NCBI GenBank assembly: GCA_001793945.1
Contig: MGIW01000003.1
Coordinates: 65,630 to 129,629 of the forward strand
DNA: 64,000 nucleotides
Origin: Candidatus Wolfebacteria bacterium RIFOXYD12_FULL_48_21
Lineage (GTDB): Bacteria; Patescibacteriota; Minisyncoccia; UBA6257; UBA9933
Direction: 5' to 3'
Below, piece by piece: positions 9,146 through 19,468 of this stretch (positions are counted from its first letter, which is position 1; the number at the start of each line of letters is the position of its first letter). The position numbers and the translations under genes were made by a program. The notes beneath the pieces are model-generated. The model saw nothing but the letters and a program-made list of their open reading frames with translations. It did not search any database and was not told the origin of the DNA.

Positions 9146-10186
9146 ATGTACGACATCATTACCATAGGAACTGCAACGCGGGATGTGTTCATCAAAAGCC
9201 CGCTGTTCACCAATGTGCATGACCCGAAGCACCTAAAAAAACTCGGGTTTCTCGACGGCGACGCCACCTGCTTTATGCCGGGTGCGAAGGTAGAAATAGC
9301 CGCCCCTATTTTTGCGACCGGAGGCGGAGCGACCAATACCGCGACCACATTCGCGCGCATGGGGCTCAAATCGGCAATCATCGGCAAAATAGGCGCCGAT
9401 GACGGAGGTGAGCGCGTGCTCGCCGAATGCAAGGCGGAAGGCATCGCTTCCCGCATCATTACCGACAAAAAACTTTCCACCGCCTATTCGGTCATTCTCG
9501 TACCGCTTGCGGGCGAACGCACCATTCTTACACATCGGGGCGCATCGGACAAACTCAAGCCCGCGGACATTAGCCGCGCATCCGCAAAAACTCGCTGGAT
9601 ATACATCGTACCCGGCAACATCCCCTACCCGACCATCATGCATGCGGTCAATGTGTTTTCGAAACAGGGTAGCATGATCGCGCTCAACCCATCAAAGCAT
9701 GTGGTTGAAAAAGGATTGCGCGCGCTCAAGCCGCTTCTCGTAAAAATCGATGTACTGATCATGAACCGCGAAGAAGCCGCGACAATGACCGGCATCGCTT
9801 ATGACCGCATCGATGCCATACTCGCCGCCATCACGAGCGCGTTTGGCGGGATCGTTGCCGTGACCGATGGGGCGCATGGCGCATTCATTATGGATCGCGA
9901 GCGCCGCTATGATTGCGGAGTATTCCCCAAAAAGGCCCTTTCCGACGCGACCGGAGCTGGCGATGCCTACGGTAGCGGTTTTGTAAGCAGCCTTATTCAT
10001 ACACAGAAGACGAAAAAAGGCGCCTTTCCCGAAGATGCCATCCGCGAAGCCATCCGGGTTGCGGCCGCCAACAGCGCCTCGGTCGTTGAGCATGTCGGTG
10101 CAAAACATGGTATACTTACCCGAGAAGCAGTCCTGCGGAATCCCCGCTGGAAGAAGCTCCCGATAAAGGTATCGCCTTTAAAATAA
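9146..10186 (+). CDS. PfkB-family carbohydrate kinase
   Basis: GGGATNTA and DATGAGDAYGSGF signatures. Confidence 0.92.
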   Translation: MYDIITIGTATRDVFIKSPLFTNVHDPKHLKKLGFLDGDATCFMPGAKVEIAAPIFATGGGATNTATTFARMGLKSAIIGKIGADDGGERVLAECKAEGIASRIITDKKLSTAYSVILVPLAGERTILTHRGASDKLKPADISRASAKTRWIYIVPGNIPYPTIMHAVNVFSKQGSMIALNPSKHVVEKGLRALKPLLVKIDVLIMNREEAATMTGIAYDRIDAILAAITSAFGGIVAVTDGAHGAFIMDRERRYDCGVFPKKALSDATGAGDAYGSGFVSSLIHTQKTKKGAFPEDAIREAIRVAAANSASVVEHVGAKHGILTREAVLRNPRWKKLPIKVSPLK

Positions 10187-10379
10187 TCGACGCTTTGTCA
10201 TTCCGGAATTTACCCGACGACAGGAGGATAAATATCCGGAATCCAGTTCAAATAATGCTTTTATTGTATTCTGCTTCTCGCAGAAGGTTGAAATGGATTC
10301 CCGTCCCCCTGCCTACCGGCAGGCAGGCGCGGGAATGACAATACCATTATTCATCATTCTTAATTCATAATTCTTACCC

Positions 10380-10994
10380 ATGATCAACGAAGCCCAAGTC
10401 TGCCACACCAACTTAGCCTATAAGATCTGCGTTTCCGGAGCCGCGGAAACCAAGCATTGCGGAGAAAAAGCGTTTGCACTCGGCGAAGAGATAGGCCGCG
10501 AGATCACCCGCCACAATGGCGTGTGCGTTACCGGCGCAACTACCGGGTTCCCGTATTGGGCCGCCAAAGGCGCAAAGCTTGAAGGCGGTTTCGTACTCGG
10601 CTTTTCTCCTGCCTCAACCGAAAAGGAACACATCGACCGCTTCAACCTTCCGACCGACAATCACGACATGATCGTCTACACCGGTTTTCATTACAGCGGA
10701 CGAAACCTCATCCTTACCCGTTCGTGCGATGCCGTCATCATCGGCTGTGGCCGCATGGGTACGATGAACGAATTTACGATTGCGTTCGAAGACAGCAAGC
10801 CGATCGGTATTTTAGAAGGCGATTGGGAGACCGATGAAGTATTGCGGGTCATGATCGAAAAGTCCCACCGCGCGGAAGAAATGAAAGATAAGATCGTTTT
10901 CTCTTCCGATCCAAAGGAACTGCTCGACAAATTGTGCGCCATTATCGACGAGGATAAGAAGGCTACTCACGAGAGCCACACCCTCAATAGATAG
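10380..10994 (+). CDS. LOG/SLOG-family nucleotide-binding protein (TIGR00725-like)
   Basis: VTGATTG, GRNLILTRSCDAVI and GTMNEFTIA motifs. Confidence 0.8.
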   Translation: MINEAQVCHTNLAYKICVSGAAETKHCGEKAFALGEEIGREITRHNGVCVTGATTGFPYWAAKGAKLEGGFVLGFSPASTEKEHIDRFNLPTDNHDMIVYTGFHYSGRNLILTRSCDAVIIGCGRMGTMNEFTIAFEDSKPIGILEGDWETDEVLRVMIEKSHRAEEMKDKIVFSSDPKELLDKLCAIIDEDKKATHESHTLNR

Positions 10995-11116
10995 TGCTAT
11001 CTATTTGGCGATCTGCTGCGTTGCGGGCCCCTGGCGGTTCGGTCGCCGTGCTACTTAGTACGCCTTCCTCACCGCCTCTCCCGCGCCTTGCATCTCATCC
11101 AAATATCTAAGCACTA
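10992..11116. repeat. ERIC-like 125-bp element, copy 1
   Basis: TA-bounded imperfect palindrome; minus-strand core GCAAGGCG...GAGGAAG..GTAC..GTA...CGACCG...GCAACGCAG. Confidence 0.7.
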
Positions 11117-11201
11117 TTATATGAAGCAGCTCGACAAGGGCTGTTTTGTTTTCGATGCACCACAAATCAAGTATACTATTACCATAGTCTTGTTTTGCTC
11201 C

Positions 11202-12392
11202 ATGATCCACTTCGTTAAAAATTCAGTTCTTCCGGCGGGGTTTCTGATTGCCAACATCATCGGCGCGGGTATGTTTGCGCTCCCTTTTGTATTTCAACAA
11301 TCCGGACTTATGCCAGGGGTTCTTTACCTCGGTTTTTTTGGCATCCTTGCCGCGCTCATACATTTGATCTACGCAGATATCATCTTACGCACCCGTGAAA
11401 CGCGGCAACAGTTTCCCGGCTACATTCGTCAATACCTCGGGAAAAATGCCGGAATGTTTGCCGGGCTTCTTGTGTTTACAACACTCCTTTTTACACTTAC
11501 CGCATATCTTGTTCTTTCGGCAAGCTTTTTACATATTCTCATTCCCACCCTTTCTCCGATCATTGCAATGCTGTTCTTTTGGGTGCTTGCGACTGTTACC
11601 ATATTCATTACCATCAAACGCACCGCTGTGTTTGATACCGTTACGGCCGGCATCACGCTTGCCGTCATCGGTGTGCTATTTATTTACTGGGGGCTTGTAT
11701 TTCCTTTTGATTCCGATGCATTCCCCATTCTTACCACAAAAAATGTCCTTGTGCCGTTTGGCCCGGTTCTTTTTTCTTTTATCGGGTTCTCGGCCATTCC
11801 CGCACTGGTCGCCTATGTCCGTAAAGAATCCGTTCCATTTTCAAATATGAAAAAGGCGATCGTTGTCGGCTCGCTTACGCCGGCCCTGTTTTATTTTTTG
11901 TATGTCGTTGCCGTATGGGGCATGTCGCCCACCGTTTCCCCTGATTCCGTTTCCGGGCTTATCGGCAATGCCCCATTTTTTATATTGCTTGCGCTGAGTA
12001 TTCTTGGATTCATATCCCTTTGGGATTCCTATTCCGGCGTAGGGCGCGACATCAATAAGCTACTCGAATACGAATGGCACATTACCCCGCCCATTGCTCT
12101 TGCGATCACAGCCGGCGCTCCGCCCGCGCTCTACATGTTTGGTTTTCAAGATTTTATTGCGCTTATTAGCGCAGTCGGCGGCATCTTGTTCAGCATTTGG
12201 GGCATTCTTATCATCTTTGCATGGAAAAAGGCGATCAAGGTCAGTATTCCGAGCGTCAAGTTTTCCGAGATCTATATCCCCGATCGCGTTTATTCTATTA
12301 TCAATGATATTCCGACATTCGTGATCGATCTTCTTGTGCTTGTCTTTGTGGGAGGGATCATTTACGAATTAGCGAGCCTGCTAACCCGATAG
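11202..12392 (+). CDS. Aromatic amino acid permease family transporter
   Basis: IIGAGMFALP motif, many TM segments, GPVLFSFIGFSAIP. Confidence 0.85.
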   Translation: MIHFVKNSVLPAGFLIANIIGAGMFALPFVFQQSGLMPGVLYLGFFGILAALIHLIYADIILRTRETRQQFPGYIRQYLGKNAGMFAGLLVFTTLLFTLTAYLVLSASFLHILIPTLSPIIAMLFFWVLATVTIFITIKRTAVFDTVTAGITLAVIGVLFIYWGLVFPFDSDAFPILTTKNVLVPFGPVLFSFIGFSAIPALVAYVRKESVPFSNMKKAIVVGSLTPALFYFLYVVAVWGMSPTVSPDSVSGLIGNAPFFILLALSILGFISLWDSYSGVGRDINKLLEYEWHITPPIALAITAGAPPALYMFGFQDFIALISAVGGILFSIWGILIIFAWKKAIKVSIPSVKFSEIYIPDRVYSIINDIPTFVIDLLVLVFVGGIIYELASLLTR

Positions 12393-12486
12393 CGTTCACA
12401 GTTGACCGTTCATAGTTTATAGGCATGTGCCAACTTAAAAATCTGTACCGCGAACTGTGAACTATGAACCGTTAACGAACTTTCAT

Positions 12487-13410
12487 ATGGAAGGCATTTT
12501 TCTATTCTATAAGCCGATTGGGTGGACCAACAAATCAATCGTTGGTTCCCTTAAACGAATATTACAGGTCGGGAAACTCGGCCATGCGGGCACGCTTGAC
12601 CCGTTCGCAGAAGGGCTCATGGTGGTCGCAATAGGCAGAAAGTTTACCCGCGGACTGCACGACCTTCTTACCGCCAGCACCAAAGAATATATCGCGACGA
12701 TTGAGCTTGGTAAAACAAGCGATACTTTCGACAACACGGGAACCATAACCGTCACCAGCTCCGATGCGCGTCCGTCTATCGACGATGTGCGGCACATAAT
12801 TGAAACCCATCTGCTGGGCGAGCGCACACAAGTGCCGCCTGTTTATTCCGCAAAGAAATTTGCCGGCAAACGCCTGCGTGACATAGCCACCAAAGAAGGC
12901 GCCCACGAACTCGCCGCATCCCGCGCCAAACAGGTAACGCTCTATGATTACGATGTCATTTCGTATTCCTACCCCCTGCTTACCGTTCGCCTTTCCGTTT
13001 CTTCGGGCTACTATATACGCACATTCGGAAACGACCTTGGCAAACTACTTGGGACTGGTGCCTACCTTACCGGTCTTAAGCGCACCCGTATCAACGGTTA
13101 TTCCGCCGATGATGCGCTTGCGCCTGACGATCTCGAACATGTCATTCAAGCACAGGGCCTGTTGCTCGGCGCCGTGCAAGGCGTCGGATACCGCTACTCC
13201 ATTAAAAACCTCGCCGAGCGATACCATTGCACCGGGTATGTTCATAATCTTCCCGATGGATCCGTTTCCTTTTTGGCACAAGGAACCGTGCGCGATGTTT
13301 CTTCGTTTTTGCAATTCGTTCTTCCGGGCCCGTTTGCATCTCGCGTCGAGGATCATTCGTTTTTGATCACGAAGCCACATGAGCTGTTTTCCGAATTTTC
13401 CGCCCAGTAA
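12487..13410 (+). CDS. truB: tRNA pseudouridine-55 synthase TruB fused to a C-terminal acylphosphatase domain
   Basis: GHAGTLDP, PPVYSAKK and SSGYYIR; then GAVQGVGYR...GYVHNLPDGSV in the same frame. Confidence 0.9.
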   Translation: MEGIFLFYKPIGWTNKSIVGSLKRILQVGKLGHAGTLDPFAEGLMVVAIGRKFTRGLHDLLTASTKEYIATIELGKTSDTFDNTGTITVTSSDARPSIDDVRHIIETHLLGERTQVPPVYSAKKFAGKRLRDIATKEGAHELAASRAKQVTLYDYDVISYSYPLLTVRLSVSSGYYIRTFGNDLGKLLGTGAYLTGLKRTRINGYSADDALAPDDLEHVIQAQGLLLGAVQGVGYRYSIKNLAERYHCTGYVHNLPDGSVSFLAQGTVRDVSSFLQFVLPGPFASRVEDHSFLITKPHELFSEFSAQ

Positions 13411-13426
13411 ACAATGTGGTTATCCT

Positions 13427-13865
13427 GTCATCCCGAGCGCAACGCAGCGAAGCGAAGTGAAATCGACCGCGTGCCGCCATAGCTTTAGCGGTGGAGCAGG
13501 GATCTGCACTAAAAACAGATTCCTCGGCTCCGCGGAGTACCGCGGAGTTTACCCTGAGCTTGTCGAACGGGCTCGGAATGACAATGCTGTGGGGAATAAC
13601 CGATAACTAATGACTAATAACGGGGCAAGAGGTTGGAGGGTGGAGATGAGAGGTTAGGGGTTGGGGGGTGTCATCCCGAGTGCAACGCAGCGAAGTGGAG
13701 TGAAATCGAGGGATCTGCCGAATAGGCTCGGAATGACAATGCGGAATATTATACTCCTCCACATACCGGCAAATAAAAATCTCCATTTGATAAATGGAGA
13801 TTTTTATTCCGATAGAAGTGGATTCCCGCCTCCGCGGGAATGACAAAAAGAGGTGCGGGGATGAC
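13427..13865. repeat. REP-like mosaic cluster (long family GTCATCCCGAG...GGGATCT / AGATTCCTCG...CGGAATGAC) with heptamer tracts
   Basis: Several copies; 13669-13717 nearly identical to 1222-1270. Confidence 0.85.
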
Positions 13866-13871
13866 AATACT

Positions 13872-14903
13872 TTAGAAGATTCTTAATACATCCTTCACAC
13901 TCACAACCATAATCAATCCGAGTAACAGCAACAAGCCAATGCCGTTCGCATACTGCTCGAACTTTTTTGGCAATGGCGAACCTTTTATTTTTTCTATGAC
14001 AAGAAATAGTACCCGTCCTCCGTCCAATGCCGGAAACGGCAATATGTTGAATGCCGCAAGATTGACAGATATCAACGCCATGAGGCTGAGCACATAAATA
14101 AACCCCGCTTCGCTTGCATCTATCGTTACCTTCACGATGCCGATCGGTCCTGCAACATTTTCCAGACTCCCCTTGCCGACCAATGCCGACCCAACCAGCC
14201 CTGCAATTCCTTTAAATGTCCCCTCGACGATCGCTATTGATTCGATAAAACCTCCCTTCACGGCACCCCACACCCCTTGCTGTTCGCGTCCGAGCGACTC
14301 GCCCAACACAACACCCAGCGGACCCTGCCCTGCCGGCGGATCTTTGCGCGGGGTCATTTGCACTGTCAGTTCTTCGCCTGCCCGCTCAATGCGCACGGCG
14401 ACCGCTTCCCCTGCATGGCTTTTGGTAAACGCCACAAAATCATCCGATCTTGTAAAATCAACCAACCTGTCGTTCGCCTGCAACCCAGCAACGCTTGCCG
14501 GGCCTCCTTCCTGCACCTGACTGATGAACAGCCCTGCCTCTGCGCCGATCATGAACACGATCGACAACAACATCCACCCAAGCAAAAAATTCATACCGAC
14601 ACCGCCGATCAATATCAAAAACCGCTTCCATGGCGCAATGCTACCAAACATCCGTTCCTTGGGAACATCCTTATTACCCTCGTCCTCGCCGTCCTCCCCG
14701 GCGATCTTCACATACCCGCCAAACGGCAACCAATTGATGCTGTACATGGTCTCTCCGATCTTTTTGCCCCATGCGCGCGGCGGCAGGCCAAGCCCGAACT
14801 CGCCCACGAACAATCCGAATCTTTTGGCCAGCAAAAAGTGGCCCAATTCATGGACAAGGATGAGTAGCGAAAGGAATGCGATGATGATAAGAGTGGTAAG
14901 CAT
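13872..14903 (-). CDS. rseP: RIP metalloprotease RseP (M50) with PDZ domain
   Basis: HELGH, LPFGGYV and NILPFPALDGG. Confidence 0.95.
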   Translation of the reverse strand: MLTTLIIIAFLSLLILVHELGHFLLAKRFGLFVGEFGLGLPPRAWGKKIGETMYSINWLPFGGYVKIAGEDGEDEGNKDVPKERMFGSIAPWKRFLILIGGVGMNFLLGWMLLSIVFMIGAEAGLFISQVQEGGPASVAGLQANDRLVDFTRSDDFVAFTKSHAGEAVAVRIERAGEELTVQMTPRKDPPAGQGPLGVVLGESLGREQQGVWGAVKGGFIESIAIVEGTFKGIAGLVGSALVGKGSLENVAGPIGIVKVTIDASEAGFIYVLSLMALISVNLAAFNILPFPALDGGRVLFLVIEKIKGSPLPKKFEQYANGIGLLLLLGLIMVVSVKDVLRIF

Positions 14904-15006
14904 GTGGGTAGCAGGTATATAGTATAAGGTATTAAGTATACAGCAGCAGTATCGCTCTGCGGGCATTAAACATACCGTATACCTTATACCCTATACGATA
15001 TACAAT

Positions 15007-15558
15007 TTACTGCTCCATGATTTCTGCCGTCTTTTTTTCGAGCAGCTGGTCGAGCTCCTTGTTTCCCCTGTCGACGACCGCCTGGATCTGCTCCTTCAGT
15101 TTGAACTTTTCGTCTTCGGTAAAATTGCCCTCATCAGCCTCGCGGGCAACGCGCTTGTTCTCATCATCGCGAAGCGAGCGAACCTTTATCTTTGCCTCCT
15201 CGATCTCCTTTTTAACCATCTTAATGATCTCTTTGCGTCGCTCGTCTGTGAGTGCCGGAAGATTGATGCGGATCGTCATTCCGTCCACATTCGCGACCAC
15301 ATTCAAGCTTGACGACTCGATCGCCTTTGCCACGACATTGACCGCACCCTTATCCCAAACCGAAATGATGATCGATGCGGGCGGCTGTATGCTGATCGCT
15401 CCCACCTGCCGTACGGTCATGCGCTGGCCATAGACTTCTACCGCTATGTCTTCCACGAGCCGCGGAGACGGTCGATTCGAGCGCACGCCCATCATTTCCT
15501 GCCGGACAAACTCTATCAAGCTCGCCATTTTTTGTTCCAATTCTTTGATAATATCCAT
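15007..15558 (-). CDS. frr: Ribosome recycling factor
   Basis: VRSNRPSP, IRINLPALTDERRKE and KVRSLR pattern. Confidence 0.93.
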   Translation of the reverse strand: MDIIKELEQKMASLIEFVRQEMMGVRSNRPSPRLVEDIAVEVYGQRMTVRQVGAISIQPPASIIISVWDKGAVNVVAKAIESSSLNVVANVDGMTIRINLPALTDERRKEIIKMVKKEIEEAKIKVRSLRDDENKRVAREADEGNFTEDEKFKLKEQIQAVVDRGNKELDQLLEKKTAEIMEQ

Positions 15559-15697
15559 GGGTGGGTAATTTCTAATTGCCAATTTCTAATTTATAATGGC
15601 TCATTGCCAATTTCTTGCTGCCCATACTGCTTAATTTCCTATACTATAGCGTTGTTTCGGGTAAAAATCAAAATGCGGCACCTGCGCCGCATGTTGA

Positions 15698-16156
15698 TCA
15701 CATTTTTATGATATCGTACCCTTCCGGGCCAAACAGTTCCTCGTTGAAAAACTTTATTTCCGACGGCGTTATTTTATATGCCTTGCATTCAAGAGCGCGC
15801 CTTTTTATCCGCTCAAGGCTGACATCTGCCTCGATGTCGAAGTTTTCCTTACTCCAAAATGCGAGCGCCGCTCCGATCTTTTCCAAGCCTGAAAGCTCGA
15901 CCGCTTTGCCCGTTATCTGCACGCCGATCTTTTTTACCGACATTGCCTGCCTACTGTCCGCGATCGAACAGGCGACCTCGGGATTTATGGAAATGTTTTT
16001 GCAATGCTCCGTTTCTGCGTTGCTTATAAAATAAAGATTCAAATCCTTGTCTGCGGAAAAATAAACGGTACAGAGCCGCACATGATGCCCATATGTCGCC
16101 AATGACATAATCTGCTGGGTACTGAGATATTCAAAAAGTTCCTTTTTTATATCCAT
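15698..16156 (-). CDS. Pyridoxamine 5'-phosphate oxidase-like (FMN-binding split barrel) protein
   Basis: MSLAT, LYFIS..TEHCKNISINPEVA and GVQITG. Confidence 0.8.
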   Translation of the reverse strand: MDIKKELFEYLSTQQIMSLATYGHHVRLCTVYFSADKDLNLYFISNAETEHCKNISINPEVACSIADSRQAMSVKKIGVQITGKAVELSGLEKIGAALAFWSKENFDIEADVSLERIKRRALECKAYKITPSEIKFFNEELFGPEGYDIIKM

Positions 16157-16201
16157 TGATACAATAATGTTAGCACATATTCACAGCCTTTGCTTTGTTC
16201 T

Positions 16202-16882
16202 TCATTTCTTCGCCCTCTTTCTCTCCGCAGGGGCCTTCGGTTTCTTTGCAATGCCATATTGCTCCGCATAGCCTTCGAGCAGCCGCATTTGCAGCGGCTT
16301 GTTCAGGTTGTACCGATCCATGGCCATCTTCCTGCGAATGATCTCGTGCGCGAGTGCGGTGTTTTTATCGAGATGTTTGCGCAATGCACCCAGCGTTTCA
16401 GAAAAGAAATCTTCTCCGCCTTTTTGATCTGCCGCCGGGAAATACACTTCGTGCACGCGCGATCGAATGGTCTGCATCATGCTGTCCATGGCGTGCGCCA
16501 CCAATATGATCAGTGCATCTTTCGGCGGTTCTTCGATGATCTTCAGCAGCGCACTTTGGCCTTCATCGGTGATCGCGTCGGCCGGGCACATGACCACCAT
16601 GCGTTTCGGTGATGCGACCGGACGCTGATACAAAAAGTTTTGTACGGCGCGAACTTCATCGATACCGATGCTTTCCTTTTCAAACGGAACGACATGCAAA
16701 AAATCATTTAGAAACTTGCCCTCGCCGTCGAATGACCCGTGCTCAAGCGCTTGCGCAAACCGTTTCGCAAATTCCATAATCGCCGCTTCGTCCTCGCCAA
16801 AAAATACATAGGCGTGGAACAGTGCCTTGGTATCGATGAGGTGCTTGAAATCTTTTTCGATTTTTTTATAGAACTCGTTCAT
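16202..16882 (-). CDS. holB: DNA polymerase III delta-prime-like subunit
   Basis: HAYVFFG, IGIDEVR, ALLKIIEEPP and TIRSR. Confidence 0.8.
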   Translation of the reverse strand: MNEFYKKIEKDFKHLIDTKALFHAYVFFGEDEAAIMEFAKRFAQALEHGSFDGEGKFLNDFLHVVPFEKESIGIDEVRAVQNFLYQRPVASPKRMVVMCPADAITDEGQSALLKIIEEPPKDALIILVAHAMDSMMQTIRSRVHEVYFPAADQKGGEDFFSETLGALRKHLDKNTALAHEIIRRKMAMDRYNLNKPLQMRLLEGYAEQYGIAKKPKAPAERKRAKK

Positions 16883-17139
16883 AGATATTGTGCGTTCCGC
16901 ACGAGGTTGAACTGGATTCCGGCCTCCGCCGGAATGACAATGCAATAGATTTTGTCATTCCGAGTGAAGCGTCCGCCGGCTGGCGGAGCGAAATCGAGGA
17001 ATCTGTTTTATGTTTACATACTGCAGATCCCTCGGCAAGCTCGGGATGACAATGCGAGGGGGCGCCGGCATGGCAGAGAAAGGTGCTGAAATGACACGGT
17101 CCTCTTTTATCTCGCGCCTCTCATCTCATATCTCCCATC

Positions 17140-17535
17140 TCACATCCATTTCAGCACATCCTTTCCGCTTACCGGAATGGCGCTGGCGCGGACCATTTTT
17201 AGCCCGTTATATTCCTTCGGATTGTGCGATGCGGTTATCGTAATGCCTCCCGCCGCCTTGTGCTTGTTTACCAAAAAATACAGCATGGGCGTAGTTATTA
17301 GCCCTGCTTGGATGACTTGTACGCCCTTTTCTTTCTCGAGAGCCTCGATACACGCCCCGTAGAGTTCCGGCGAGCTCAGACGGGCGTCATGGCCTAAAAC
17401 GACCATCTTAAGGCCTTTTTGGGGCATTGCGAGTGCCTTTACGATGGTCGGCATCACTTCCCGCACGGTTTCTGCATTTATTTGACTGGGGTATTTACCC
17501 CGGATGTCATATGCCCTGAAGATAGACTGGTCCAT
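17140..17535 (-). CDS. Phosphohexomutase (PMM/PGM) domain I only
   Basis: IFRAYDIRG, GHDARLSS and TASHNP..YNG; stop after about 130 aa. Confidence 0.8.
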   Translation of the reverse strand: MDQSIFRAYDIRGKYPSQINAETVREVMPTIVKALAMPQKGLKMVVLGHDARLSSPELYGACIEALEKEKGVQVIQAGLITTPMLYFLVNKHKAAGGITITASHNPKEYNGLKMVRASAIPVSGKDVLKWM

Positions 17536-17672
17536 ATCCAAAGTATACAGCAAGTCTGCCTTATAAAAACAGCCCTGATTACTCGGGGCTGTTTTTCAAA
17601 TAAGTGATAGATTCCTCCGCCAGCCCTGCCTGCCGACAGGCAGGTGGCGGACGGGAATGACACAGCATTACT

Positions 17673-19070
17673 CTATAGATTCTCCGTAAAGAATGCCTTC
17701 AGCTCGTCGATCTTAATGCGCTTCTGTTCCATGGTATCGCGGTCGCGGACCGTTACGGTATTGTCTTCGAGCGTATCGAAGTCTACGGTGATGCAGTACG
17801 GCGTGCCGATCTCGTCCTGGCGGCGATACCGCTTGCCGATGTTGCCGCTGTCGTCGAACTCGGTCATCCAATCTTCGCGCAATGTTTCATACAATCCACG
17901 CGCCTTTTCTACCAGCTCAGGCCTGTTCTTTAATAACGGAAACACGGCGATTTTTATCGGCGCCAACCGCTTATCGAACTTAAGCACCGTTCGAACATCT
18001 CCCTCTCCTACTTCCTCCTCGGTGTAAGCGTTATCCAGGAACATCAGGACTAAACGGTTTAATCCTACTGATGTTTCCATAATATGTGGAATGAAGCGTT
18101 CATTCTTTTCTTGATCATAATAATCAAGCGTCACTCCCGAGTACTTTGCATGCTGAGAAAGATCCCAATCCCCTCGCGCATGAATGCCTTCCACTTCCTT
18201 GAAACCTCCTAATGAGCGGAAATTGAATTCGATATCATACGCCTGCGATGCATAGTGTGCCAGCTTATCATGCTTATGCCACATCAGTTTATCTTCCGGA
18301 ATCCCGTATTTCAAATACCAATTCCACCGCGCCTGATGCCACATTTCATACGACTCCTCCATTTGGCTCGGATGCAAGAAGTACTGCATTTCCATTTGCT
18401 CGAACTCGCGCGTACGAAAAATGAACTGGCGCGCGATGATCTCGTTGCGGAATGCCTTACCTACCTGCGCGATGCCAAACGGCAACTTCGGGTGAAGCGA
18501 GTCCACCATGTTCTTATATTCCAAATAAATGCCGCCGCAAGTTTCCGGGCGAAGATATACCACATTTTCCTCGGTAAGCGCGTCGGTCGGCGAACCGATG
18601 TTCGACTTTACCATCAACGAAAATTGTTTCGCAGGCGTTAGGTCGGTCGAGCCGCAGTTGACGCACTTTAACTTGCCTTCCGTCTTGAGCTTGTCCAATT
18701 CCTGATTGATGTATTCGATCGGAGCCTTGTCGGCGTTGATATCGAATGCCTCAAGCAAATGATCGGCGCGCATGCGCGTTTTGCACTTGCGGCAATCCAC
18801 CTGCGGATCATCAAACCCGCCCACATGGCCGGAAGCGACCCATGTTTTGGGGTGCATAAAAATGGCGCTATCCAAACCAAGGACATCGTCGCGCAACTGG
18901 ACCATGTGCTTCCACCACGCCTGCTGGATGTTGTTCTTCAATAGAATGCCGTAATGGCCGTAATCATAGATCGCGGCAAACCCGCCGTAGATTTCCGACG
19001 ACGGAAATACGAACCCCCTGCGCTTTGCCAGCGATACCAACTTATCGATCATGTGATCTTTCTTTTCCAT
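17673..19070 (-). CDS. glyQS: Glycine--tRNA ligase, homodimeric type
   Basis: YDYG, LRPET, FRTREFEQME and IGKRYRRQDEIGTP. Confidence 0.96.
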   Translation of the reverse strand: MEKKDHMIDKLVSLAKRRGFVFPSSEIYGGFAAIYDYGHYGILLKNNIQQAWWKHMVQLRDDVLGLDSAIFMHPKTWVASGHVGGFDDPQVDCRKCKTRMRADHLLEAFDINADKAPIEYINQELDKLKTEGKLKCVNCGSTDLTPAKQFSLMVKSNIGSPTDALTEENVVYLRPETCGGIYLEYKNMVDSLHPKLPFGIAQVGKAFRNEIIARQFIFRTREFEQMEMQYFLHPSQMEESYEMWHQARWNWYLKYGIPEDKLMWHKHDKLAHYASQAYDIEFNFRSLGGFKEVEGIHARGDWDLSQHAKYSGVTLDYYDQEKNERFIPHIMETSVGLNRLVLMFLDNAYTEEEVGEGDVRTVLKFDKRLAPIKIAVFPLLKNRPELVEKARGLYETLREDWMTEFDDSGNIGKRYRRQDEIGTPYCITVDFDTLEDNTVTVRDRDTMEQKRIKIDELKAFFTENL

Positions 19071-19344
19071 ATCTTGTTATATCAATAATCTACTTGCCTT
19101 GTCCACACTGATACTACTGGATCCCTCCGTCGGAGCACCTGCCGGCAGGCAGGCAGGGCTTGCGGGCGAATGGGCTGTAATGGCACAGACGGCAGATTCC
19201 TCGACAAGCTCGGAATGACAATGCGGGGAGAAAAGCCAATCCAGCTATGCAAAGGTGCAAACCCATGCGGTTGAAGGAGGATAAAGAGAGCCCTCCTCCC
19301 GATGCCGCATGGGTTTGCGCGACGGCCGCATGTGTTTTACTTTG

Positions 19345-19468
19345 TAAAACACATGAAGTTGGATGAAGCGCGAGGCGCGGGAAAATCGATGAGGAAGCTG
19401 TACAGAAGTACTGCGACCGAATCGATAGGGGCCCGCAACAAAGCGATTCGCCAACTTCATGTGTTTTA
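19345..19468. repeat. ERIC-like 124-bp element, copy 2
   Basis: TA-bounded; same core as 10992-11116 with different terminal arms. Confidence 0.7.

Noticed and set aside
13410-13872. Gene-strand switch as replication terminus
   Set aside because: By eye the plus strand looks C-rich on both sides and no dif-like site was recognised; a cumulative GC-skew computation would be needed
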